Origin: Nitrosopumilus maritimus SCM1
GTDB taxonomy: Archaea; Thermoproteota; Nitrososphaeria; Nitrososphaerales; Nitrosopumilaceae
Direction: 5' to 3'
DNA length: 32,000 nucleotides
Assembly (NCBI RefSeq): GCF_000018465.1
Contig: NC_010085.1
Coordinates: 930,001-962,000 of the forward strand
This document shows, piece by piece, positions 1 to 8,307 of the stretch (position 1 is the stretch's first letter; each line of letters opens with the position of its first letter). Both the position numbers and the translations under genes were made by a program. The notes below the pieces were generated by a model that saw nothing but the letters and a program-made list of their open reading frames with translations, did not search any database and had not been told where the DNA came from.

Positions 1-362
1 TGAAAATATTACAAGGAGATTTTTGAGGGCTTAAATCAAAATGTTTTTCATTGGCAAAAAATGTCATTTTCATGTATCGTAGCAAATCATCATATTCAAG
101 AAATCATGCTGCTTAAAGAAAATAAGCTCCAAGAACTAAAATCACTCACTCTGTTCAAAAAATGCTAATTTGACAAAATACAGTATGAGCATACATGAAA
201 AAAACAAAGAATTTTACAAAAACTGTACACAATATTTTGAATTCTTGCGTAAAATTGGAAGAACAGACTATGAGTTTGAAGATGAGTACTATTTTACCAT
301 GCCTGCAATATCTAACAGTTAGAGACCAGAAGACTTAGGAATACCTCCAAGTTCCATAGCAT

Positions 363-1784
363 ATGGATACCCAACTAGAAGAATTTGCAGATTATGCCAT
401 AAAATATGCAGATGATGCAAAAGTGCAGTATTGTGACATAAGATCTGAAGAACAAGAAAGAGTATCAATACTAATTGAAAATGGAGAAACAGAACACGTT
501 AGAACAATTAATGATTCAGGAATTGGAATAAGATTAGTAAAAGATGGGACATGGAGTTTTTGTTCAATTACAAATCCAGAATCAAAAGAGCAAGTAAGAA
601 AAGCAATTGACAGTTCCATTAAAAATTCAATGCATTATGCAAAAAACAAAAAAGAATCATTTTCACTTTATCCAAATAAAAGCATTCAAAAAAAGATAGA
701 CTACCATACAGAACAAAAACCAAACTTAGAGGAATTAATCAAAATAGGCACAATATGTAACAAAATCATTTCAGATACTCCAAAAATTATCAAATCAATA
801 GTAAATCCATGGTATACAAATAACTCAAAATATTTTGCAAACAGTGAAGGCTCAAAAATTTCACAGAATTTTTCAGATGTTGTAATTGATATGGTTGCTA
901 TTGCACACGAATCAGGATTAACTCAATCAGTAAACATAACAGAAGGTGGTAGAGGTGGCATAGAACAAATTACTAAAGGAGACAAAGCACAAAACAGCGC
1001 ACAAGAGATTGCAAAAAAGGCATCGAAATTATTATCAGCAAAACCTGCAAAAGAAGAAAAAGCCACCGTGGTTATGAATCCAGATTTTGTTTCATTACTC
1101 ACACACGAAATATTGGGTCACCCATCAGAGGCAGACAGAGTTTTAGGAAAAGAGATGGCATGGGCAGGAGGAGCATGGTGGAAAGGAAAAATTGGAGAAA
1201 AAATTGGTTCTGAGCATCTAAATGTCTTTGATGATCCTACAATTGAAGAGAGTTTAGGATGGTATCTTTTTGATGATGAGGGAGTTCAAACAAAAAAGAC
1301 AACTCTAGTAGAAGAAGGAGTTTTGAAGAATCATATGCAAAATAGAGAGACAGGGAAAATTTTCAATGAAGAACCCACTGGAAATATGAGGGCAACAAAC
1401 TATCGATTCATGCCATTGATTCGAATGGCATGCACATGTATTGAAAATGGAGACTGGGATGTAGATGAAATGATTAAAGAAGTAAAAAACGGATATTTGA
1501 TTTCAAACATGAAGATTCCATCAATTGATATGAAGAGATACAATTGGAGCATATCTTGTCAATATGCACAAAAAATTGAGAATGGAGAAGTGACTGACTT
1601 GCTTAGAGATGTCATTGTTATGGGAACTGCGCCAGAATTTTTCCAATCAATTGACGCATGTGGAAATGACTTTACAGTAAGACCAATTACAAATTGTGGA
1701 AAAGGAGATCCGATGCAGTCAATGATCATGGGAAATGGAGGACCTTCTATTAGAGGGGTTGCAACAGTAAAGAGTGTGAACTAG
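363..1784 (+). CDS. tldD: TldD-type zinc metalloprotease (TldD/PmbA family)
   Basis: 473-aa ORF. The HExxxH motif HEILGH is encoded at nt 1104-1121; in this family it marks TldD rather than PmbA/TldE. Length and the Gly-rich C-terminal core (MIMGNGGPSIRG) fit the family. The TAG stop (1782-1784) directly abuts the next ATG. Confidence 0.8.
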   Translation: MDTQLEEFADYAIKYADDAKVQYCDIRSEEQERVSILIENGETEHVRTINDSGIGIRLVKDGTWSFCSITNPESKEQVRKAIDSSIKNSMHYAKNKKESFSLYPNKSIQKKIDYHTEQKPNLEELIKIGTICNKIISDTPKIIKSIVNPWYTNNSKYFANSEGSKISQNFSDVVIDMVAIAHESGLTQSVNITEGGRGGIEQITKGDKAQNSAQEIAKKASKLLSAKPAKEEKATVVMNPDFVSLLTHEILGHPSEADRVLGKEMAWAGGAWWKGKIGEKIGSEHLNVFDDPTIEESLGWYLFDDEGVQTKKTTLVEEGVLKNHMQNRETGKIFNEEPTGNMRATNYRFMPLIRMACTCIENGDWDVDEMIKEVKNGYLISNMKIPSIDMKRYNWSISCQYAQKIENGEVTDLLRDVIVMGTAPEFFQSIDACGNDFTVRPITNCGKGDPMQSMIMGNGGPSIRGVATVKSVN

Positions 1785-2375
1785 ATGAACCAGTTAGAGA
1801 CAATAAAACAGAATGTGATTAAATGTACAAAATGTGATTTGTATAAAACAAGAACAAATTCAGTTCCAGGTAAAGGTAATTTTCAATCAGACGTGATATT
1901 TGTTGGGGAGGCACCTGGAAGAAACGAGGATAAGAATGGAGAGCCATTTGTAGGTGCAGCAGGAAAGAAACTTTCTGCAGCATTAGAAGGGGCAGGAGTT
2001 TCTAGAGAGGATGTATACATTACCAATGTTGTAAAATGTAGACCTCCAAACAACAGAGTACCAAATACGAACGAAAGAGACACGTGTAAAGAGTATCTAA
2101 AAAATGAAATTTTAATAATCAAACCAAAAATTATTTGTGTTTTAGGAAATACAGCATTTAATTCAGTTCTAGGCGGTTCAGAGATTACAAAATTCAGAGG
2201 AAAATTAGTGAGAAAAGATAACCAATTGTATTTTTTGACAATTCATCCTGCTGCAACAATATACAATCAAGAATTAATCTCCACATTAAATGAAGATATT
2301 AAAAAACTCTTTAATTTAATCACAGAGTTAAAAAACAACAAAATAGTTTCAATTGATATTGAATACACTTCCTAG
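1785..2375 (+). CDS. udg: Uracil-DNA glycosylase, family 4 (Fe-S type)
   Basis: 196-aa ORF with the family-4 pattern: N-terminal CTKCDL, motif A GEAPGRNEDKNGEPFVGAAGKKL, VVKCRPPNNR, and motif B HPAA. Its ATG immediately follows the tldD stop (TAGATG). Confidence 0.85.
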   Translation: MNQLETIKQNVIKCTKCDLYKTRTNSVPGKGNFQSDVIFVGEAPGRNEDKNGEPFVGAAGKKLSAALEGAGVSREDVYITNVVKCRPPNNRVPNTNERDTCKEYLKNEILIIKPKIICVLGNTAFNSVLGGSEITKFRGKLVRKDNQLYFLTIHPAATIYNQELISTLNEDIKKLFNLITELKNNKIVSIDIEYTS

Positions 2376-2916
2376 AAAATTTTATCTTCAAGACACAGTA
2401 ACTGTTGCAAAAAATTTGTTAGGTAAAAAAATAATCAGAAAAATAGGAAGGAATGAAATTTCAGGAATAATCACAGAGACAGAAGCTTACAAACACAAAG
2501 ACGATCCTGCAAGTCACGCATATAGAAAAATTACAGATAGAAACAAGGCAATGTTTGGCGATGTGGGAATTGCTTACGTGTATTTCACATATGGGATGTA
2601 TTACTGTTTTAATGTAGTAGCTAGAAACCCAAAAGTTGCAGCAGGAGCAGTATTGATTCGAGCAATTGAACCAGAAAAAGGAATTAAAAGAATGCAAGAA
2701 AATCGGAATAAAAAAGATTTGAAAAATCTTACAAACGGACCTGCAAAATTAACTCAAGCATTAGAAATCACTAAAGAACAATACGGCGTAGATTTGACTA
2801 AAGATTCAAAATTATACATTACCAAAGGAATAGAGGTAAAAAAAATAACTTCATCACCTAGAATAGGAATCAAAGAGGCAACAGACAAGTTATGGAATTT
2901 TAAGATAAATATCTAA
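2353..2916 (+). CDS. mpg: DNA-3-methyladenine (alkylpurine/hypoxanthine) glycosylase, AAG/MPG family
   Basis: 187-aa ORF with the family pattern LPRKFY..VAKNLLGK, ETEAYKHKDDPASHAY, YFTYGMYYCFNVV, VLIRAIEP, NGPAKLTQAL. The only in-frame start upstream of the conserved N-terminus is TTG at 2353. It overlaps udg by 23 nt. Confidence 0.8.
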   Translation: MILNTLPRKFYLQDTVTVAKNLLGKKIIRKIGRNEISGIITETEAYKHKDDPASHAYRKITDRNKAMFGDVGIAYVYFTYGMYYCFNVVARNPKVAAGAVLIRAIEPEKGIKRMQENRNKKDLKNLTNGPAKLTQALEITKEQYGVDLTKDSKLYITKGIEVKKITSSPRIGIKEATDKLWNFKINI

Positions 2917-3545
2917 TCTTTGTTGTTTTCATCTAATGTCCAAGGAGCAAATTTACCAAGAATTCTTTGCCAGTCTAATCTCAAAAGTAAAACTACAACT
3001 GCAGTCATCATGGCTCCAAAAGCAATAATTCCAATGTAAACAGGAGTTGCATCATCAATGTTTTCAAGGAATGGCTCAACTAAAGACAATCCAAGATAAT
3101 GAGAAACAAAAACAATGGTATAACTTAGAACAAATTTTCCAGTCAATGTAGCTATAAAGAATCGTTTTGGATTGTATTTTGCAAGTCCTAATGGAACATA
3201 GACTAAATCATCAGGAATGGGGGTTGCAGCTGCAAAGAATGCAGCACCTGCACCATATCTTTTTACTAATCTCTCAAAAGGTCTCATTCTTTTTCTAGTT
3301 TCTTCTTTGATAATTCTTCGTCCACCATAACTTACATAGAATATGATTTGTTTTGCAACAGTAGCAGTAACTGCAGATAAAATTGCCAAGACATGCAGAT
3401 CAAATTGATCACCAACAGACATGGTAGCTAACAACAAGAATCCAGGTAAAGGAACAAAGGGAACAAGTGAGCCAAAAAAATTAACTAGTGCTAAGCTAAG
3501 ATAACCTACTTCAGGTGCAAATGGAAAAAGATCAACAAAATCCAC
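2913..3545 (-). CDS. DedA / VTT (SNARE-associated) family membrane protein
   Basis: 210-aa ORF with several hydrophobic helices. The pattern YVSYGGRR ... YGAGAAFFAAATPIPDDLVYVPLGLAKYNPKRFF resembles the DedA/TVP38 core. The start is GTG (no ATG near the N-terminus). Its 3' end overlaps the mpg stop by 4 nt (convergent). Confidence 0.55.
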   Translation of the reverse strand: MDFVDLFPFAPEVGYLSLALVNFFGSLVPFVPLPGFLLLATMSVGDQFDLHVLAILSAVTATVAKQIIFYVSYGGRRIIKEETRKRMRPFERLVKRYGAGAAFFAAATPIPDDLVYVPLGLAKYNPKRFFIATLTGKFVLSYTIVFVSHYLGLSLVEPFLENIDDATPVYIGIIAFGAMMTAVVVLLLRLDWQRILGKFAPWTLDENNKD

Positions 3546-3603
3546 TATTCAGACTGTTTTCACGTATTATTTAATCAAAACTAGATGAGAAAACGTGACA
3601 TCA

Positions 3604-3611
3604 TTAAAATA
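3604..3611 (+). promoter_or_regulatory. Candidate archaeal TATA box (TTAAAATA) for the 3635 gene
   Basis: TTAAAATA spans -31 to -24 relative to the ATG at 3635. That is the spacing expected for a leaderless archaeal mRNA. Sequence pattern only. Confidence 0.3.
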
Positions 3612-3634
3612 TCATCTTTTATCAACCTCAATAA

Positions 3635-4009
3635 ATGAAACAAAACGATTGCAGAGACGTATGTGATACAATAGCAACAATTAGCCCATACATTAGATTT
3701 GTAGGTGTAATTGGAGAAAGTGGCGAATTGTTGGCATATAAAAGAAGACAAGATTTGGTGCCTTTATTGAATGAGAAAAATACACAGTATCAATTTTCAC
3801 ATATTGCCATAAAGACGGATTTGGAGGGGTTTTTTGATAAAAACCTAGGTGAGATTGAATTTGTATGGGAGGAACGCAAAAAGGTTCAGACCATATCATT
3901 TGCAATCAAAAAGCAGAGGGTTTGGATTTCAATTGATAAAAAAGTAATTAGATCAGAGATGCTCAGGATTATTGATGCCTGCCTGCCAATTGTAAAAAAA
4001 TATTCATAG
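3635..4009 (+). CDS. Hypothetical protein (124 aa), tentatively roadblock/LC7-like fold
   Basis: Clean ORF with a TATA-like element at the correct distance. The segment IRFVGVIGESGELLAYKR followed by alternating beta-like segments is reminiscent of roadblock/LC7 domains. This is a weak pattern match only. Confidence 0.55.
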   Translation: MKQNDCRDVCDTIATISPYIRFVGVIGESGELLAYKRRQDLVPLLNEKNTQYQFSHIAIKTDLEGFFDKNLGEIEFVWEERKKVQTISFAIKKQRVWISIDKKVIRSEMLRIIDACLPIVKKYS

Positions 4010-4012
4010 AAA

Positions 4013-4108
4013 TTGAAATGCCCATATTGTGAGATTGATTTAGACTCACTTAGTATGACAGATGGATTGAAACATGTTTTAGAGCATAAAAAAGAAAATC
4101 AAGATTAA
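4013..4108 (+). CDS. Candidate 31-codon zinc-finger mini-ORF (TTG start), or in-frame extension of the upstream gene
   Basis: Hand translation in the same frame as 3635-4009, directly after its TAG: (K)LKCPYCEIDLDSLSMTDGLKHVLEHKKENQD-stop. It contains CxxC ... HxxxH, and a T6 run follows the stop. No ATG is available, so the start is uncertain. Confidence 0.2.
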   Translation: MKCPYCEIDLDSLSMTDGLKHVLEHKKENQD

Positions 4109-4109
4109 G

Positions 4110-4115
4110 TTTTTT
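4110..4115 (+). terminator. Oligo-T (T6) candidate archaeal terminator
   Basis: TAAGTTTTTTG lies immediately after the mini-ORF stop (4106-4108). Archaeal RNA polymerase is known to terminate at oligo-T tracts. The run sits after the mini-ORF rather than after the 124-aa gene. Confidence 0.25.
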
Positions 4116-4139
4116 GTATAACTTGAATCATTAAACAAT

Positions 4140-4433
4140 ATGGAAGAACCTGATGAAATTCAGAAATTAATTGATGAGATCAGTTTTCGAAAAGCAAATT
4201 CCAAGGATTACAAGAATATGAAAGTCGAGGAAATTAGTAAAGAGCTCAAAGATGTGATGGAATTTGAAAGAGAGTCTTTTAAAAAAATTGAAGAATTTGA
4301 AAAAACACAGGACAATCCAGATTTAATCCAATATGCCAAGATGATTTGTAAAAACACCACACAAAGAGAGATTACACAGATTCAAGAAGTATATCTAGAA
4401 AAAATTGATGAGGAATACATAAAATCAAAATGA
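4140..4433 (+). CDS. Hypothetical acidic, probably coiled-coil protein (97 aa)
   Basis: ORF rich in Glu/Lys/Ile heptad-like sequence. I recognise no family motif. Confidence 0.5.
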   Translation: MEEPDEIQKLIDEISFRKANSKDYKNMKVEEISKELKDVMEFERESFKKIEEFEKTQDNPDLIQYAKMICKNTTQREITQIQEVYLEKIDEEYIKSK

Positions 4434-4516
4434 GTTTCTAAAAATCATCTTTTACCTGAATCAAAAAACAAATCCATTTCAAGTCTTACAGACAACCTCA
4501 AATATCCATCCAAATA

Positions 4517-5347
4517 ATGACTTTTATGAATATCAAAAGAGTAGTCTGGTTTTTTGTTTTTATGGGAATATACTCTTTGATCTTTCAAATCGGTTCAATG
4601 TCAGAACCAACAAGAGAAGAAGTAGAAGTATTCATGGAAGAATTTGAAAATGTCACAGAAGACATTGATGCCATAGGATTATTTGTTCACAATACAACAC
4701 TATCACTTCCAATGTTCATTCCAGGAATTGGTGTAGCATGGGGATTATTTTCAGCTTGGTCAACAGGATATGCATTTGCCAATATAGCTGCAATCACACC
4801 AGGGCTTGCAGAAACCCCAGCATTTTCAATTCTATATTATTCCCCTTACGGATTTATGGAAATTGTAGCCTATTCTCTTGGTATTTCAAGAGGTTTTATC
4901 CTAATTGTAGGAATCATCAAAAAGAATAATCTCAAGTCGTTGTTAAAACCAACAGGGGCAGAAATTGCCATAGTCATAGGCCTGTTACTAGCAGGAGGAT
5001 TCTTGGAGCATTATATGATAGAATCAGAAGGAAGTAATCCAGAGATTTCTAAAGAAGATGAACCAGTTACATATTCATCAGAATTACCAAAAGCTTGTGA
5101 CGGAGTAACCAGTGTAGAGACTCAACTTCATCCTACAGGTGAAGAATGTGTGAAATTGCTTAATGAGCAAATTTTTGTTTATTGTTTGTCTGAAAATAAT
5201 GAAGATGAATCTATTGCTCAAGGTTGTAGAGCAAAAGCACTAATGCAAATGGATCAAAATTGTAAGGGAAATGAACAATCACCTTACAACACATGTATGA
5301 TGACAGAATTAAAACAGGCATATCAGAACATGGTTCCTAACCAATAA
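4517..5347 (+). CDS. Multi-pass membrane protein, SpoIIM/DUF95-like core plus Cys-rich C-terminal domain
   Basis: 276-aa ORF with an N-terminal TM helix. The stretch IGLFVHNTTLSLPMFIPGIGVAWGLFSAWSTGYAF and further helices resemble the SpoIIM-type membrane core. The last ~95 aa are soluble, acidic and contain 6 Cys. Confidence 0.55.
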   Translation: MTFMNIKRVVWFFVFMGIYSLIFQIGSMSEPTREEVEVFMEEFENVTEDIDAIGLFVHNTTLSLPMFIPGIGVAWGLFSAWSTGYAFANIAAITPGLAETPAFSILYYSPYGFMEIVAYSLGISRGFILIVGIIKKNNLKSLLKPTGAEIAIVIGLLLAGGFLEHYMIESEGSNPEISKEDEPVTYSSELPKACDGVTSVETQLHPTGEECVKLLNEQIFVYCLSENNEDESIAQGCRAKALMQMDQNCKGNEQSPYNTCMMTELKQAYQNMVPNQ

Positions 5348-5458
5348 TGATAATTTAGTATCAAATTACTTTCTCGAAATAGCACATTCAGAAAAAATTA
5401 TCATAATATCTTAATTAAAATCAAAAATGTTATTTGTTTGACTTATGTTGTAGTTATT

Positions 5459-6661
5459 ATGGATTTTACAGCATCTCTACGACTAATCCATGCAAATTTC
5501 TTCTTTGTAGATATAGTTGGGCTATCAGATACATCAATGTCGACTAAAACTCAGATAAAAAAAATTGAAACTTTGAATAAATGTATTTCAGACTGCAAAT
5601 CATTCCAATCAGTTCCAATAGATTCACTACTTCTTTTACCAACAGGAGATGGCTGCTGTATTGGATTTTTGCAAGGACCAGAATTACCATTGTTGCTTGC
5701 AATAGAACTACATGAGAAATTAGCACAATACAATAAAGCAAAGATTCCAAGTGAAACAGTTAGGGTAAGAATCGGATTACATAGTGGTAACTGTTTTCTA
5801 GTAAATGACTTACTTGGTCAAAGAAACACATGGGGACCAGGAATTATCTATGCAAGAAGAGTTATGGACTTTGGAGATGATGGACATATTCTCCTATCTC
5901 CATCACTAGCTGAAGATTTACGTTCGTTATCAGACGAATATAGAGAAGTCATCAAACCAGTTCACGATGTAGTACTAAAACATGGAATGACAATGCTACT
6001 TTATTCTGCATATGGTGAAGGATTTGGAAACAAGAAACACCCAGAAAAAGGAGCATCCATGCGAAGTAAGTACGGAGAAGAAATACTTCGATTACAAAAA
6101 ACAACACTATACCCATCAATTGATTTAGTATTGTCAGTAATAGATCCAGAAAAGATGATAGTAGAACACAAAAGAACATACGAAGTTGTAAACACATCAA
6201 ATGAACCAATCAAGACAGTATTACATGGAATTGCAACAGATGTAGACATTCCAGACATTAACGACATGAACATTAACGTGTATGATGAAAAAGACAGAGA
6301 ATGTCCAATCACAAGTATTAATGTGGATAAACCAGATGTCAAAGAGTTTACTACTCAATTTAGTGAGCCAATAACAAAAGAAGACACGGGTAAAAAATAC
6401 ACTTTACAATATGCAGTAGAAGAGCCTGAAAGATATTTTGAGAATGCGTTTTTGATTGATTGTCAGAAATTCAACATGGCATTCAAATACCCTACAGGAA
6501 ATGGAATCAAGCGACCAGAGTTATTAGAAATTAACCAAGAGACAGAGGCCAAAACTCCATCAAAAATTGTACCAGAGATAAGCACAGAAGGTACTCAGGA
6601 AATCATAAAGTGGACGATGGAAGATATTCCTAAAGGGAAAACATACCGTATAGAGTGGTAA
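5459..6661 (+). CDS. Class III nucleotidyl (adenylate/guanylate) cyclase-like domain protein with an unknown beta-rich C-terminal domain
   Basis: The N-terminal ~185 aa follow the cyclase homology domain order. FFFVDIVGLSD carries the first metal Asp (nt 5510-5512) and LLLLPTGDGCCIGF the second. These are followed by VRVRIGLHSGNCFLV, WGPGIIYARRVMDFGDDGHILLS and VVLKHG. I take the ATG at 5459 as start; the ORF track begins at TTG 5438. Confidence 0.6.
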   Translation: MDFTASLRLIHANFFFVDIVGLSDTSMSTKTQIKKIETLNKCISDCKSFQSVPIDSLLLLPTGDGCCIGFLQGPELPLLLAIELHEKLAQYNKAKIPSETVRVRIGLHSGNCFLVNDLLGQRNTWGPGIIYARRVMDFGDDGHILLSPSLAEDLRSLSDEYREVIKPVHDVVLKHGMTMLLYSAYGEGFGNKKHPEKGASMRSKYGEEILRLQKTTLYPSIDLVLSVIDPEKMIVEHKRTYEVVNTSNEPIKTVLHGIATDVDIPDINDMNINVYDEKDRECPITSINVDKPDVKEFTTQFSEPITKEDTGKKYTLQYAVEEPERYFENAFLIDCQKFNMAFKYPTGNGIKRPELLEINQETEAKTPSKIVPEISTEGTQEIIKWTMEDIPKGKTYRIEW

Positions 6662-6666
6662 ATTTA

Positions 6667-7221
6667 CTATAACTTTGAATCATCAATCCACATTTCTTTG
6701 TGAATAAAATTTTTTGCGTCAGCATTGTATTCACTAATTATTCCATATCCGCTTTTGTTTCCAGATGCGGCATAATCAAAGTATAGTGCAGTAAAAATTT
6801 TTTCTTGTCCATCTGCTGCCTTTTTCCATTTGTCATTTGGAATGAAAAACCAATATTGTTTATCCATTCCAGGAAGCATTGGGCCTAAAGAAAATGATGA
6901 CATATCTGTTGTCTTTAATTCATCCTTTGAAGGCAATTTTGAAAACAATGCAAATTTTGCAGTAACTCCAGAAGCTGGTAACTCCCCAAAGTTTCTAACA
7001 GTTATCGAAAATTGGCAATCGCCATTTATTGAATCATCCATTTTTTTGATAGCGCCAAGATGACCTATCCAAGGACGAAAACGATATTCAGTTTGTATCC
7101 TACTTACTTCTACAGTAGATTCGAACTGTTTGACTGTCCTATACAGCAAAACAACAAGTACAATTGTGGCAGCTGCAGTAGCTATAGAACCTATTGCTTC
7201 AAAAGAAACTTCGGTCAACAT
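6667..7221 (-). CDS. Hypothetical membrane-anchored protein (184 aa)
   Basis: One N-terminal TM helix (AIGSIATAAATIVLVVLLY) followed by a ~150-aa beta-rich soluble domain. No family motif recognised. Convergent with the cyclase-like gene across a 5-nt gap. Confidence 0.55.
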   Translation of the reverse strand: MLTEVSFEAIGSIATAAATIVLVVLLYRTVKQFESTVEVSRIQTEYRFRPWIGHLGAIKKMDDSINGDCQFSITVRNFGELPASGVTAKFALFSKLPSKDELKTTDMSSFSLGPMLPGMDKQYWFFIPNDKWKKAADGQEKIFTALYFDYAASGNKSGYGIISEYNADAKNFIHKEMWIDDSKL

Positions 7222-7289
7222 AATTTACAATTCAAAGTAGTATTCAAGAATATCGTTTTGACGTTTGATGAATAATAGAAATCTTGAAA

Positions 7290-8225
7290 TTATTTATCTT
7301 CATACAACCAGCATTGGACATAACCAGTCTTGGTTTTAAATTTGGGCGGAAGTTGTTTGCATTTTTCAACTGCCAAGGGACACCTGTCAATAAATCGACA
7401 TTGCGTTGGTGCGTCAAGCAAACTGGGAGGAATTCCTTTGATGTATGTTGGCTTGTTTCCTTTTAGAGTAGGAATTGACTGTAAAAGTCCTTGAGTGTAT
7501 GGATGTTTTGGATTTTTGTAAATCTCTTGAGACGAACCAAATTCTACAATCTGTCCGCCATACATAATTCCAATTTTGTCTGCAATCTCAGAAAGCACGG
7601 CTAAATCGTGCGTAATTAGCATAAATGACATGCCGGATTTTTTTAGAGATTTTAGTAGATTGATTATTTGTGCTTGAATCAACACATCAAGTGCAGTTGT
7701 TGGTTCGTCTGCAATCACAAACTTTGGTTTTAACAACAAAGCCATGGCAATTACAACTCTTTGTTTCATTCCACCGCTAAGTTCGTGAGGATATTTTTTG
7801 AGCACATTTACATCAAGATTAACAGAGTTCATTGCATCAGCAATTACCTGTTTTGAATCACCATCAAAATTATGTTGTTTTAAAATTTCAAGAAATTGAT
7901 CATTGATTGTAAAAACAGGATCAAGAGAATTCATTGCGCCCTGAAAGACCATGGAAATTTTTTTCCATCGAAATGTTTTTTCAAATGTGTTCTCATCAAC
8001 ATCCAAGATTGAATTTTCATCAAAATGGATCTTGCCTTGAGTTTTTCCACCTGCAAGCATCCTAATAATAGACAACCCCAGAGTACTCTTTCCACATGCG
8101 CTTTCACCTGCAATTCCTATTGATTCACCATCTTCTAATGTAAAATCAACATCTTCTACAGCATAAACTGGACCTTTTGATGAATCGTATCGTGATGTTA
8201 ATCCATTAACAGTTAGAAATGCCAT
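7290..8225 (-). CDS. ABC transporter ATP-binding protein, oligopeptide/dipeptide/nickel (OppD/DppD) type
   Basis: 311 aa with Walker A GESACGKS, signature LSGGMKQR, Walker B FVIADEPT and H-loop ITHD. The C-terminal extension has KHPYTQGLL and the Cys cluster CRFIDRCPLAVEKC, as in the OppD/DppD C-terminal region. Confidence 0.9.
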   Translation of the reverse strand: MAFLTVNGLTSRYDSSKGPVYAVEDVDFTLEDGESIGIAGESACGKSTLGLSIIRMLAGGKTQGKIHFDENSILDVDENTFEKTFRWKKISMVFQGAMNSLDPVFTINDQFLEILKQHNFDGDSKQVIADAMNSVNLDVNVLKKYPHELSGGMKQRVVIAMALLLKPKFVIADEPTTALDVLIQAQIINLLKSLKKSGMSFMLITHDLAVLSEIADKIGIMYGGQIVEFGSSQEIYKNPKHPYTQGLLQSIPTLKGNKPTYIKGIPPSLLDAPTQCRFIDRCPLAVEKCKQLPPKFKTKTGYVQCWLYEDK

Positions 8226-8307
8226 GTATTTTTCATATCCAAACTAGAATTTTTGTTTTGTACTAAGGGATATAAACAACTCTGTCAGAATGTAAAAAGC
8301 GATTCAA

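Noticed and set aside
1-362. Small ORFs in the leading 362 nt. They are a 45-aa ORF at 185-322 (MSIHEKNKEFYKNCTQYFEFLRKIGRTDYEFEDEYYFTMPAISNS), a 35-aa ORF at 61-168, and a minus-strand frame open from about 73 to the left edge (MKMTFFANEKHFDLSPQKSPCNIF...).
   Set aside because: None has a recognisable motif or a convincing TATA element at the right distance. The edge-running frame is only ~24 codons, so I cannot support any of them. The 185-322 ORF is the most protein-like and would be worth a tblastn check.
4007-4009. The in-frame TAG read as pyrrolysine or another recoded codon.
   Set aside because: TAG is used as an ordinary stop by well-defined genes in this same window (tldD 1782-1784, aspS 10110-10112, ilvB 14015-14017). 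No pyl genes are visible. Genome-wide recoding is therefore not supported; only local readthrough remains conceivable.
5459-7221. A possible Pycsar/CBASS-like anti-phage pair (cyclase plus TM effector).
   Set aside because: The two genes are convergent, not co-oriented. The 184-aa protein has only one TM helix. Its FGELPASGVTAKFAL string lacks the PR(S/T)A phosphate-binding cassette of cNMP-binding domains. No other defence hallmarks are nearby. I keep this only as a weak hypothesis under the cyclase finding.
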